Shown piece after piece: positions 17,964 through 29,761 of a stretch of 59,860 bases of DNA. The DNA is taken from contig JASUSC010000003.1 in NCBI GenBank assembly GCA_030446285.1, positions 1 to 59,860 of the forward strand. Direction: 5' to 3'. Each line of letters opens with the position of its first letter. Position 1 is the stretch's first letter. The notes beneath the pieces were generated by a model. That model had not been told where the DNA came from. It did no database searches and saw only the letters and a program-made list of their open reading frames with translations. The stretch comes from Eubacteriales bacterium (lineage in GTDB: Bacteria > Bacillota > JASUSC01). Made by a program: the position numbers and the translations under genes.

Positions 17964-18902
17964 TTAGAATACCTCTAAAATCTTCCGTCCCGTCAGTAAA
18001 GCCTGGAAGTTGAGTTGAAAAGCCAGGGAAATCTCCGTGTGGGCGGCAAAACCACAGCGGGGGCAAGGATTGGTATCGTCGGTTCGGTTGAGGAGATAAC
18101 AGCCGTGGTTGAAGGTCCCGTCGGGCTCCACGTTGGCAATCATCCAGCTTTCACAGCGCCAGCGGTTGTCCTTCAACGCTTCCAGAGCAGCGTAAGAATC
18201 GGCCAGAGGATAACCCTGCCGTTTAAGCTCAATTAACCGGTCCAAAACCCAACGCCGCTCCTCCCAGGGGAGAAACAAATCTTCACTCTCCGGGTAGGGA
18301 TAGAAAAACTGAATGGTTATCCCCGCCACGTAGTCTGCTAAAAACTTCACCAAATCCGGAATCTCCTGCCAGTTGCCGCGACTGATGGTGATATTGGCAA
18401 AAATCCTCTTCTCCCCCCGGTAGCGTTCGATATTGGCCAGCACCGGCTCTAACGGAGTTCCCCGCAAAACCGCATTGGTAGGGGAAAAGCCGTCGATGCT
18501 CACCCAGATAAGGTTCGGGTTTACTCCATTTAAATCGACAGTGCCGTTGGTCGTCACCCCCACCGTCCAGAAATAACGGCGAGCCAGGTCCACCACCTGC
18601 CGCAGCGTGTATTCTCCGTCCCGCCAGAGGAAAGGCTCGCCCCCTTCAAAAATGACAATCCTAATACCTCTCTCCCTTAAGCGGGGAAAAAGTTCCTCCA
18701 GTTGCTTCCAGGTAAGGGAAGGACCGGGACGCCGCCAGTAAGGACACTGGCGGCAGCGGAGATTGCAGCGGTGGGTGAGTTTCACCCCGCAGAGAATGGG
18801 GTCTTTTTTGCCCCGCCGGGCCCGCAGGTAGTAACGGAGCAGGTAAAAAGCCCTGTCCCAGCGGATTCCCCCAAGCCTCTCCTCTGTCTTTGCCGCTACC
18901 AC
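17964..18902 (-). CDS. Radical SAM protein with C-terminal Cys cluster, function unknown
   Basis: CNLRCRQC (CxxxCxxC), GGEP, TTNG and VSIDG motifs; C-terminal C-x17-C-x11-C-x2-C. Confidence 0.9.
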   Translation of the reverse strand: MVAAKTEERLGGIRWDRAFYLLRYYLRARRGKKDPILCGVKLTHRCNLRCRQCPYWRRPGPSLTWKQLEELFPRLRERGIRIVIFEGGEPFLWRDGEYTLRQVVDLARRYFWTVGVTTNGTVDLNGVNPNLIWVSIDGFSPTNAVLRGTPLEPVLANIERYRGEKRIFANITISRGNWQEIPDLVKFLADYVAGITIQFFYPYPESEDLFLPWEERRWVLDRLIELKRQGYPLADSYAALEALKDNRWRCESWMIANVEPDGTFNHGCYLLNRTDDTNPCPRCGFAAHTEISLAFQLNFQALLTGRKILEVF

Positions 18903-18921
18903 GATATCAGCCTCCAGCCGG

Positions 18922-20139
18922 CTACGTGCGGTAGTCGGCGTTGATGCGGACGTAATCGTAAGTTAAGTCACATCCCCAGCCCACGGCTTCCTCTTTACCC
19001 TCATTTAAGTCCACCGTAATTTTTACTTCGTCTCCGGTCAATACGGTCCGGGCCTCTTCCTCCGAAAAAGGCAACCCCTGCCCTCCCCGGGCCACCGGGA
19101 TGTCGCCCAGGTAGACATCCACCCTGGCCGGGTTGAATTCCGCTCCCGAATAACCCAAAGCACACACAATTCGCCCCCAGTTGGCATCAGCGCCAAAGAG
19201 GGCCGTTTTAACCAGATTAGAATTGATAATGGCCCGCACCGCCTTGCGCGCACTCTCCCGCTCCCTAGCTCCCCTAACTCGCACTTCCATGAGGCGGGTT
19301 GCCCCTTCGCCGTCGCGGACTATGGCCTTGGCCATGGCCAGACAAACCTGGTAGAGGGCCTCCCAGAAAAGGCGGTAATCTTCGTTTTTCTCCTTAATTT
19401 CCGGATTGCCCGCCAGGCCGCTGGCCATAACCAGCACCATGTCGTTGGTACTGGTATCCCCGTCTACCGAAATCATATTGAAAGTGTCGGCCACACATTC
19501 CCGCAGGGCCTCCTGCAGCAACTCACTGCTGATGGCGGCATCGGTGGTAAGAAAGCAGAGCATGGTGGCCATGTTGGGACAGATCATCCCCGCCCCCTTG
19601 GCCATGGCCCCTAAGCGCACTTCCCGCCCCCCTATTTCCAGGGAGAGAGCCGTTTCCTTTGGATAAGTATCGGTGGTCATAATGGCCAGGGCCGCGTCAC
19701 CGCCACCCTCCGCGGAAAGGCTGCGGGCAGCCTCTATAATCCCCCTCTCCACCCGCTCCATAGGAAGGGGCACCCCGATCACCCCGGTGGAGGCAACTGC
19801 CACTTCTTTGCTTTCTACTTTAAGCTCCCGAGCCGCCACAGCCGCCATTCGCCTGGCAGCTACTATGCCCGCCTCACCGGTGCAGGCGTTGGCGTTACCG
19901 CTGTTGATCACCACCGCCCGCAGCAACCCATCTGCCAAATGTTCCGCCGTTACTACAAGGGGTGCCGCCCGGAAACGGTTGGTGGTGTAAACGGCCGCCG
20001 CCCGGCAGGGGACAGGAGAAAAAATTAACGCCACGTCTTTTTTCCCTTTGCTGCCGGGCTTTATTCCCGCTTCCACACCGGCTGCCAGAAAGTCGCGGGG
20101 AAAGGTAACCCCCTCCGGTCTTCTCGCCAATCTCTTCAT
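18922..20139 (-). CDS. argJ: Ornithine acetyltransferase / N-acetylglutamate synthase
   Basis: NSGNANA, STGVIG, KGAGMICPNMATML and DGDTSTND motifs. Confidence 0.97.
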   Translation of the reverse strand: MKRLARRPEGVTFPRDFLAAGVEAGIKPGSKGKKDVALIFSPVPCRAAAVYTTNRFRAAPLVVTAEHLADGLLRAVVINSGNANACTGEAGIVAARRMAAVAARELKVESKEVAVASTGVIGVPLPMERVERGIIEAARSLSAEGGGDAALAIMTTDTYPKETALSLEIGGREVRLGAMAKGAGMICPNMATMLCFLTTDAAISSELLQEALRECVADTFNMISVDGDTSTNDMVLVMASGLAGNPEIKEKNEDYRLFWEALYQVCLAMAKAIVRDGEGATRLMEVRVRGARERESARKAVRAIINSNLVKTALFGADANWGRIVCALGYSGAEFNPARVDVYLGDIPVARGGQGLPFSEEEARTVLTGDEVKITVDLNEGKEEAVGWGCDLTYDYVRINADYRT

Positions 20140-20163
20140 TTCTTTCTCCCCTCATCTTCTTAA

Positions 20164-21207
20164 TTACGGATAAAGCCCTAATTGCTCCAGACCCGTCGTT
20201 TCAGGCAGCCCAAACATAATGTTCATGTTCTGCACCGCCTGGCCAGAAGCCCCTTTCACTAAATTGTCCAGAGCAGAAGTAATTACAAGACGCCCCGTCC
20301 GTTTGTCCACCGCTACGCCGATAAAGCAGAAGTTGGAGCCCAGGGCGAATTTGGTCTGGGGGTAAACTCCCTCGGGCAAGACATGGACAAAAGGCTCCTT
20401 TCGGTAAAATTCCCGGTACAGGTCAATAATTCCTGCCGCCGGCAAATTTTTTTCCAGTCGGGCGTAAATGGTGCTGAGAATCCCGCGGGTCATGGGAGTC
20501 AGGTGGGGCGTAAAGGTCACCGTCACCGGTGCCCCGTAGAGCTTGCTCAGCTCCTGCTCAATTTCCGGAGTATGGCGGTGACAGCCAATATTGTAGGCTT
20601 TAATGCTCTCGTTGCACTCACTGTAGAGAGTGTTGACACTAGCTCCCCGGCCGGCACCGGAAACCCCAGATTTGCTGTCAATGACAATGGTGTTAGGGTC
20701 AATGATTTTCTCCCGCAAAGCCGGCGCCAGACCCAAGATGATGCTGGTAACGTAACAGCCCGGATTGGCCACTAACTTAGCCTCGCGAATCCGCTCCCGG
20801 TAAAGTTCAGGCAAACCGTAGACGGTGTAAGGTTTGAGTTCTTCCGAGGGGTGCTTTATTCCGTACCACTCTTCATACACCCGGTAGTCGTCAAAACGAA
20901 AATCGGCCCCCAAATCCACCATGCGCTTGCCGCCTTTAATTACCTTTTCTGCCACGGGAAAAGAATGGCCGTGAGGAAGGGCGGTAAAAATCACGTCGCT
21001 CTCCGCCACTAAATTATCCAGGTCCTCCTGGCTTACGCAAACCCGGTCGCGTGCGGAAACAAGATGGGGGAAAATCTCCCCGTAGGACTGCCCCGCCTGG
21101 CTGCGCGAAGCCAGCGCACCAATTTCCACCTGCGGGTGCCGGCTCAAAAGGCGCACCAGCTCCACGCCGGTATAGCCGGTAGCTCCGATAATGGCCGCCT
21201 TTATCAA
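20164..21207 (-). CDS. argC: N-acetyl-gamma-glutamyl-phosphate reductase
   Basis: GATGYTG, ANPGCY, SGVSGAG and DNLVKGASGQA motifs; TTG at 21207 with GGAGGAG RBS. Confidence 0.97.
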   Translation of the reverse strand: MIKAAIIGATGYTGVELVRLLSRHPQVEIGALASRSQAGQSYGEIFPHLVSARDRVCVSQEDLDNLVAESDVIFTALPHGHSFPVAEKVIKGGKRMVDLGADFRFDDYRVYEEWYGIKHPSEELKPYTVYGLPELYRERIREAKLVANPGCYVTSIILGLAPALREKIIDPNTIVIDSKSGVSGAGRGASVNTLYSECNESIKAYNIGCHRHTPEIEQELSKLYGAPVTVTFTPHLTPMTRGILSTIYARLEKNLPAAGIIDLYREFYRKEPFVHVLPEGVYPQTKFALGSNFCFIGVAVDKRTGRLVITSALDNLVKGASGQAVQNMNIMFGLPETTGLEQLGLYP

Positions 21208-21226
21208 CTTCTTCTCTCCTCCCGCC

Positions 21227-21270
21227 AAAAGAATAAAAGCCCCCTCCAGCTTGCAAGCCGGAGGAAGGGG
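21227..21270 (-). terminator. Terminator-like hairpin upstream of argC
   Basis: CCTCCGGC-ttgcaa-GCTGGAGG-gggc-TTTTATTCTTTT on minus strand. Confidence 0.6.
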
Positions 21271-21285
21271 AAAGGGTACGGGGAA

Positions 21286-21314
21286 ATTATACAATATTCT
21301 GTATAAAAATACAA
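21286..21314 (-). promoter_or_regulatory. SigA promoter of the arg operon with an ARG box (ArgR/AhrC site)
   Basis: TTGTAT-N17-TATAAT; TGTATAAAAATACA at 21300-21313 overlaps the -35. Confidence 0.8.
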
Positions 21315-21330
21315 CCGTTCAGAGAAAATT

Positions 21331-22557
21331 TTACTTTATTTTTATGGTGTTATCGGCAAGGCCAGCGTGTTTTATCGCTGCCTTTACTTCAATTTCTACC
21401 GGCAGCTCGGCAAAAACTTCTGGCCAGTCTTTCTCCACCTGCCGCCAAACCGCCGGCAGGTGTCGGTGCACCGCCTCCCCGAATCCAAAAACGTCGCTCT
21501 TTTTTTCCTGGGCCCGGCGCAAAGCCGCCGCGATCTCATCTTTTACCGCCCGGGCATACTCTTTCTCCAACCCTTTAATGACTCGGATATCGGCGATTTT
21601 TGCCCCGGGATTTTGGTTGTCGTTTATATCCCCCTGCACCCGTACCCGAATCTTAATCTTAAGCTCGCCGTTTTTAATCTCCGGCCTTATTCGTGCCAGT
21701 GACCCCCTTATTTTCAGAGCCACCGGTCGGGAAAACCCAGGGAGAGAAAGGGTTATTATCCCCCGCTCCGCTTTGCTCTGGGTCCAGAGATAGCCCCGGG
21801 TGGTTCGATCGTCCCAGAAATCCACCAGTCTCCCGCGGGCAAAGACCGCTCCCCCGTGCAACCGGACCACTTTGGCGGCCTGGCCGGTGGCAGCCTGAGA
21901 AGCCATCTTCTTTATTTCCGGGGGGCGGAAAACGCGGATTACCCCTGTCACCGGTTCCCGGCCGGGGTCAGCCAAGGCAATGAGGAAATCCTTTAAATCC
22001 ACCACTTCCGTCTTGGACACGTCCTTGCGGTTGAAAATCAGGCTGTTTATCCCTTTAAAAAGGGAACGTTCCAGCTCCGGCTGGGAAGTAACCACGTCTC
22101 TGGCTTCCCCTTCCGCCACCACCACCCAGGTACGCAGCCGTATGGTCCGCTCCCGCTGGAGAAAGTCCACCACCTCCGGCACCTTTTCCTCCGCCACCTT
22201 CCGCCCCAGGACTACAACTTCCATGTGTGCGAGGTCCACCTTGCGGGGGCTGCGGGTAGAAAGATTGACCACGGCATCGGCTAAGTTGTCGCCGATGGAG
22301 GAAGTAACCCAGAAAGCTTGGGTCACCATGGTCCCGGGCCCCACACCACCGCCTCCCACACCACCCCCCATGCCACCGGGACCACCGGTACCGCGAATGA
22401 TCTGAAAAGTAATCAGGAACTTTTCCTTGCCCGCCACCTTCACCGTATCAATTCCCATGCCGGTAACCATGGCCATGTCTTCGATTTCCCGCCGGCTCCA
22501 GCAGCCTTCCATCAGCAGGCTCAGAATGAGCAACAAGGCCAATACCAATTTTTTCAT
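21331..22557 (-). CDS. Ger(x)C family germination receptor lipoprotein
   Basis: Lipobox-like MEGCWSRREIE, GMGID and SDVFGFG motifs. Confidence 0.93.
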   Translation of the reverse strand: MKKLVLALLLILSLLMEGCWSRREIEDMAMVTGMGIDTVKVAGKEKFLITFQIIRGTGGPGGMGGGVGGGGVGPGTMVTQAFWVTSSIGDNLADAVVNLSTRSPRKVDLAHMEVVVLGRKVAEEKVPEVVDFLQRERTIRLRTWVVVAEGEARDVVTSQPELERSLFKGINSLIFNRKDVSKTEVVDLKDFLIALADPGREPVTGVIRVFRPPEIKKMASQAATGQAAKVVRLHGGAVFARGRLVDFWDDRTTRGYLWTQSKAERGIITLSLPGFSRPVALKIRGSLARIRPEIKNGELKIKIRVRVQGDINDNQNPGAKIADIRVIKGLEKEYARAVKDEIAAALRRAQEKKSDVFGFGEAVHRHLPAVWRQVEKDWPEVFAELPVEIEVKAAIKHAGLADNTIKIK

Positions 22558-22558
22558 T

Positions 22559-23650
22559 TTACTGCCCCACCCTTCTCACCGCTGCTACCAGCAAAAGGAA
22601 CAGCGGAATGGCAAGATGAAAGGTGTAGGCCATTACCGCTAAGGGCTTAATGATAAACTCCTTCAAATCTTGGGAACCCGTAAAAAGAACGTCGGACAAA
22701 AGGGCCAACAAAAACCCCACCGGCAGCACCACCGGTTTATAGTCTTCGAGCTGAAAAAGCTGGGCCAAAGCCAGCACCGCTACGTAATAAAAAACTCCCA
22801 CTTTAATGAGAATCCCGGCCACCCACAAAATCATGACCACCGCTTCAATTCGGTCTAAAAAACGGGCTAAGCTAATATAGCGAATCTGGTTGAGGGTGGG
22901 AAAGGTACTGTTGGCGGTGAGTTCCGGACCGAAAATGGCCAGGTTGGAAATAACGTCTACTGTAACCAAAAAACCCAGGATAAGGACAGCCCGCACCACT
23001 GCTCTCTTCCCTTCCCGCGGCTCTTTCAAGTAAGGCAGGAGCATCAGCATTACCGCTACCTCCGTTCGCCAGTAGCCCGGCGTGAGGGAGGCCTTCAGCA
23101 CCGGCAGCCAGCCCTTTTCCAAAACTGGCAGCAGGCGGCCAAAATCCATGTCGTTGACGGAAAGAAGGGTTATGGACGCAAAAACAAAAAGCATTACCGA
23201 GACCAGGAGCTGGTTGACGGAAGCCATCACCTCTAAGCCGTTACGCACCATGTAAGCGGATAAGAGCATAATAGTGGCGGTAAAGACCAGTTCCGGGGTT
23301 TCCGGCATAAAGGCAGTAGCCAGGAAGCTGGAAAACTCCCGAATAATGGCGGCGTTTATCCAGAGAAAAAAGATAATGTATGCACAAGAAATAACCTTCC
23401 CCGCTGCTTTCCCGACAAGCAGGTCCACGTACTGGACCAGGTTCAGGCGGGGAAAACGAATACCTAAATAGTAGCAAACGAGGCCAGCGACAAGGCCAAA
23501 AACGGTGGCAAAAAGAAGAATGGCTATCCAGGCATCCTGGCGGGCCACCTGGGCAGTAATGGCGGAGACGAACATCACCGCCGTCGGGAAGACGGTATTG
23601 AAGAGCAGCCACTGCAACTGCCACCAATAAAGGCGACCTTTTTCTAACAT
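22559..23650 (-). CDS. Ger(x)B family germination permease subunit
   Basis: QDAWI, MPETP and FLDRIEA motifs; many TM segments. Confidence 0.92.
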   Translation of the reverse strand: MLEKGRLYWWQLQWLLFNTVFPTAVMFVSAITAQVARQDAWIAILLFATVFGLVAGLVCYYLGIRFPRLNLVQYVDLLVGKAAGKVISCAYIIFFLWINAAIIREFSSFLATAFMPETPELVFTATIMLLSAYMVRNGLEVMASVNQLLVSVMLFVFASITLLSVNDMDFGRLLPVLEKGWLPVLKASLTPGYWRTEVAVMLMLLPYLKEPREGKRAVVRAVLILGFLVTVDVISNLAIFGPELTANSTFPTLNQIRYISLARFLDRIEAVVMILWVAGILIKVGVFYYVAVLALAQLFQLEDYKPVVLPVGFLLALLSDVLFTGSQDLKEFIIKPLAVMAYTFHLAIPLFLLLVAAVRRVGQ

Positions 23651-23675
23651 GTTTTTTCCCTCTTACGTGAAGTTT

Positions 23676-25214
23676 TTATCCCCTGTCCAGTTCGGAGCTT
23701 CCTTTCTCCAGCCGCTGCACATCTTTCCCTGCTATCAGTTTTGGCCGGAAAAACATTAGATACCAGGGGCGGCGCACCATCACGTCAGATAGCTCGCCGG
23801 CCACCGCCGGTGCCATGGGAGAAAGGTAAGGAACGCCGAAGGAACGAAGGGATGCGGCGTAAATAAGGATGGTCAGCAATCCCAAGCCTACCCCGTACAG
23901 TCCCAACGATGCCGAGAGAGCCATGAGGGGAAAGCGGAGCAAACGCACCACCGTGGCAGCCTCGAAAGAGGGAATGACGAAGTTGGCAATAGCCGTGAGA
24001 GCCACCACGATGATCATGGCCGTGGAAACCAAGCCGGCCGCCACTGCCGCCTGCCCGATAACCAGCGCCCCCACTATGCTCACCGCGTGACCCACCGGCC
24101 GGGGCAGCCTCACTCCACCCTCCCGCAACACCTCAAAGGTTATTTCCATAAGCAGGGCTTCCACAAAAGCCGGAAAAGGCACCCCTTCCCGCGAACTGAT
24201 GAGGGACACTACCAGGGAAGTGGGAATCATCTCCTGGTGAAAGGTGGTAATGGCAATGTACAGGGAAGGAAGGAGGATAGAAAAATTCAAAGCCAGTAAG
24301 CGGATTAAGCGGAGGGCACTAGCGTAGCAGGCATTATTGTAATAGTCCTCGGACGCCTGCAGCAGGGAAAAGAAGGTGACCGGCATAACGAGAGCAAAAG
24401 GGGTACCGTCCACCAGGAGGGCCACCCGCCCTTCCAGAAGGGCAGCCGCCACCCTGTCCGGCCGTTCCGTGCTGAGAACGGTGGGGAAGGGGCAAAAGGG
24501 TCGCTCGCAGAAAAACTCCTCGATATAGCCGCTTTCCAACACGCCGTCAATTTTTATTTCCTGCAAGCGCTTTTTTACCTCCGCCACCACATCCGGTTGG
24601 GCCACGTTGGCCAGATACGCCACAATCACCTCGGTGCGGGTGAGCTCCCCTAAGATAAAAGACTCCATCTTCAGGTGCTCGCTTTTCACCCGTCTCCGGA
24701 TCATCATGGTATTGATGCGGATGTTTTCGGTAAAACCATCCCGGGGTCCACGGATAACGGGTTCCGTAGGCGGCTCCTCAATACCCCGCACCTGCTCGCC
24801 GCGGGCGTCCACCACGATGGCGGCAGCATTCCCGTCTATCAGAAGACACAGTTCCCCGCTCAAAAAGCGATGCAAAAGTTCCGCCCAGGTGGTAACCAGC
24901 TCGGCATCAGTGGAAGAGAGAATGTGATAGTAGATCTCGTCCGCGCTGCGGAACTGCCTTCCTCGTTTTAGACTTTCCTCCATCAAAGGCTTCAGGATAA
25001 TTTCGTCAATAAGCCCCCGGTTAACCAAGCCGTCGATATAAAAGAGAAAAGCCTTCACAGGTTTATCCCCGGCGATATAAAACTCCCGCTGGACCACATC
25101 AGCCATGCTGCCTAACCGCTGATTGAGTCGAACCAGGTTGTCTTCCAGCCGGGAAGATAACTTCTCGCCCGGGGCAGCGGTCTTCTCTTTTCTCCGGCGG
25201 GAAAGAAACCGCAA
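23676..25214 (-). CDS. Ger(x)A family germination receptor subunit
   Basis: IRGPRDGFTE, TERPDR, VDGTP and REGVPFP motifs. Confidence 0.95.
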   Translation of the reverse strand: MRFLSRRRKEKTAAPGEKLSSRLEDNLVRLNQRLGSMADVVQREFYIAGDKPVKAFLFYIDGLVNRGLIDEIILKPLMEESLKRGRQFRSADEIYYHILSSTDAELVTTWAELLHRFLSGELCLLIDGNAAAIVVDARGEQVRGIEEPPTEPVIRGPRDGFTENIRINTMMIRRRVKSEHLKMESFILGELTRTEVIVAYLANVAQPDVVAEVKKRLQEIKIDGVLESGYIEEFFCERPFCPFPTVLSTERPDRVAAALLEGRVALLVDGTPFALVMPVTFFSLLQASEDYYNNACYASALRLIRLLALNFSILLPSLYIAITTFHQEMIPTSLVVSLISSREGVPFPAFVEALLMEITFEVLREGGVRLPRPVGHAVSIVGALVIGQAAVAAGLVSTAMIIVVALTAIANFVIPSFEAATVVRLLRFPLMALSASLGLYGVGLGLLTILIYAASLRSFGVPYLSPMAPAVAGELSDVMVRRPWYLMFFRPKLIAGKDVQRLEKGSSELDRG

Positions 25215-25252
25215 CCCTTCTCACCTGCCCGTAAAAATCTCGTCTTTTTTCA

Positions 25253-25281
25253 TATTTTTCCCCGCCCCCAGCGAAAGTTGC
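25253..25281 (-). promoter_or_regulatory. SigF/SigG-like promoter of the ger operon
   Basis: GCAAC-N15-GGAAAAATA on minus strand, just after the upstream terminator. Confidence 0.4.
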
Positions 25282-25283
25282 AT

Positions 25284-25309
25284 AAAAAAAGCCCCCTCAG
25301 AAAGGGGGG
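25284..25309 (-). terminator. Intrinsic terminator after the GT2-DUF2304-EamA genes
   Basis: CCCCCT-ttctg-AGGGGG-c-TTTTTTT. Confidence 0.75.
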
Positions 25310-25324
25310 ATAGGCGAGAACCCT

Positions 25325-25672
25325 CTATTTCCAAGCAACAAAAAAAGCCCCTAAGACGATGAGCCCCACTCCCAGCCAGCGGGTGAGGGGTACCGCCTCC
25401 CGGAAAATGAGGAGGGCGGCGAGCACTCCTAAGACGTAGGCCAGACTTTGGAGAGGGTAAACCACGCTCAACTTACCCCGGCTGAGGATGTAAAACCAGA
25501 GGACCGTGGCCAGGACATAGACAAAAAGCCCTCCCCAGATGAAGGGAGAAGTCAAAAGGCGGGGAACAGCCTCAAGGGTCAGGGGCCCCTTAAGCCGCCC
25601 CATCTCCATCTTCCACAACACCTGCCCGAAAACGAGGAGCACCACATTAATCAGTACCAATAGATAGAGCAT
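25325..25672 (-). CDS. Small EamA/SMR-type membrane protein (ArnE/F-like flippase candidate)
   Basis: GQVLWK, LSVVYPLQSL and FREAVP...WLG motifs; ATG 25672 overlaps the upstream TGA. Confidence 0.85.
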   Translation of the reverse strand: MLYLLVLINVVLLVFGQVLWKMEMGRLKGPLTLEAVPRLLTSPFIWGGLFVYVLATVLWFYILSRGKLSVVYPLQSLAYVLGVLAALLIFREAVPLTRWLGVGLIVLGAFFVAWK

Positions 25673-26040
25673 CACCCTGCCGCCTCCTCCTTTCTTTTTG
25701 CCCCCTCTCCCACTTCCGCCCACAGGAGAGCTATTTCCTGGGTCAAACGCACCACCCGTTCCTCTAAGCGCGACACCACTACTGTAAGATGAACGATAAG
25801 GCTCAGACAGAAAATTATTCCTAAAAGAAACAAAAGCGAAGGCGGGTAAACCACTCCCAAAAGAGCCGCCAGCCAATCGATAATTTCCACTCGCAGGGAA
25901 ACAACAATCAAGATCAGGCCAAAAAAAATCCACAGAATAGCGTACTGCTCTTTCAAACGCCCTCTCCGGACAAAATTTAGGACCATCAGGAGAAAGATAA
26001 AACTGAAAAGGGCGGCGAGAAAGTAAATATCCGCTCTCAT
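25672..26040 (-). CDS. DUF2304 family membrane protein
   Basis: RRGRLKEQYAILW, LGVVYPPSLLF and LTQEIAL motifs. Confidence 0.9.
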   Translation of the reverse strand: MRADIYFLAALFSFIFLLMVLNFVRRGRLKEQYAILWIFFGLILIVVSLRVEIIDWLAALLGVVYPPSLLFLLGIIFCLSLIVHLTVVVSRLEERVVRLTQEIALLWAEVGEGAKRKEEAAG

Positions 26041-26771
26041 TACCCGGTTTCCCCCTTCAGACGGTAGGCATCAAATTTTTTCAACACGTTCATGAGCAAG
26101 GCCAGGCTGACCTTGGCCATATAATACAAGGAGCGGAGGGGGGTAATGGAAGAACGGCCGGCCTGGCGGCTCTTCATTTCTACCGGTACCTCAAGAATCC
26201 GAAAGCCTAATTTGTCGAGAATAATAAGCACTTCTGGCTCAGGGTAGTCGGTGGGGTAATAGTGGGCAAAGAGGCAGATGATTTCTCTGTTTACCGCCCG
26301 GAAGCCGGAAGTGGTGTCCTTTATCCACTGACCGGACAAGAGCCGCAGCAGGAAGGAGAGGAACCAGATGCCCACTCGTCTTCCCACCGGCGACCGGTAA
26401 CCCGTTGGAGCGACAAACCGAGAACCTACAATCATATCCCCCTCCCCTGCCAAGAGCGGCGCCATAATTTTGGGGAGTTCTGCCGGTTCGTGTTGCCCAT
26501 CGGCATCCATCTGAATGGCAATGTCGTAACCGTGGCGGTACGCATATAGATAACCGGTTTGCATAGCGCCACCAATGCCAAGATTAAAGGGCAGGTCGAT
26601 GACCTGAGCTCCAGCTGCTCTGGCCACTGCCGCCGTGTTATCCCGGGAACCATCGTTGATGACCACCACATCGTACTCAGGGCAAAAACGGCGCAGGCCG
26701 GCAATAACTTTACCAACACTCTTTTCCTCATTGTATGCCGGAATTATTACCAGCACCCTGGGCTTCGTCAT
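26040..26771 (-). CDS. GT2 polyprenol-phosphate glycosyltransferase (DPM1-like)
   Basis: IPAYNE, DGSRD, DADGQH, GSRF and DTTSGFR motifs. Confidence 0.92.
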   Translation of the reverse strand: MTKPRVLVIIPAYNEEKSVGKVIAGLRRFCPEYDVVVINDGSRDNTAAVARAAGAQVIDLPFNLGIGGAMQTGYLYAYRHGYDIAIQMDADGQHEPAELPKIMAPLLAGEGDMIVGSRFVAPTGYRSPVGRRVGIWFLSFLLRLLSGQWIKDTTSGFRAVNREIICLFAHYYPTDYPEPEVLIILDKLGFRILEVPVEMKSRQAGRSSITPLRSLYYMAKVSLALLMNVLKKFDAYRLKGETG

Positions 26772-26840
26772 TGTTTTCCTCCTGTTTTTGGCAATTCATT
26801 TCTTTTTCCAAACAAAATTTATCAGAAAAATCCCTTTTCG

Positions 26841-29760
<2,920 letters not shown>

Positions 29761-29761
29761 T

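Noticed and set aside
22335-22395. Gly-rich low-complexity stretch in Ger(x)C
   Set aside because: Gly-rich loops at this position are common in the family; not a repeat array
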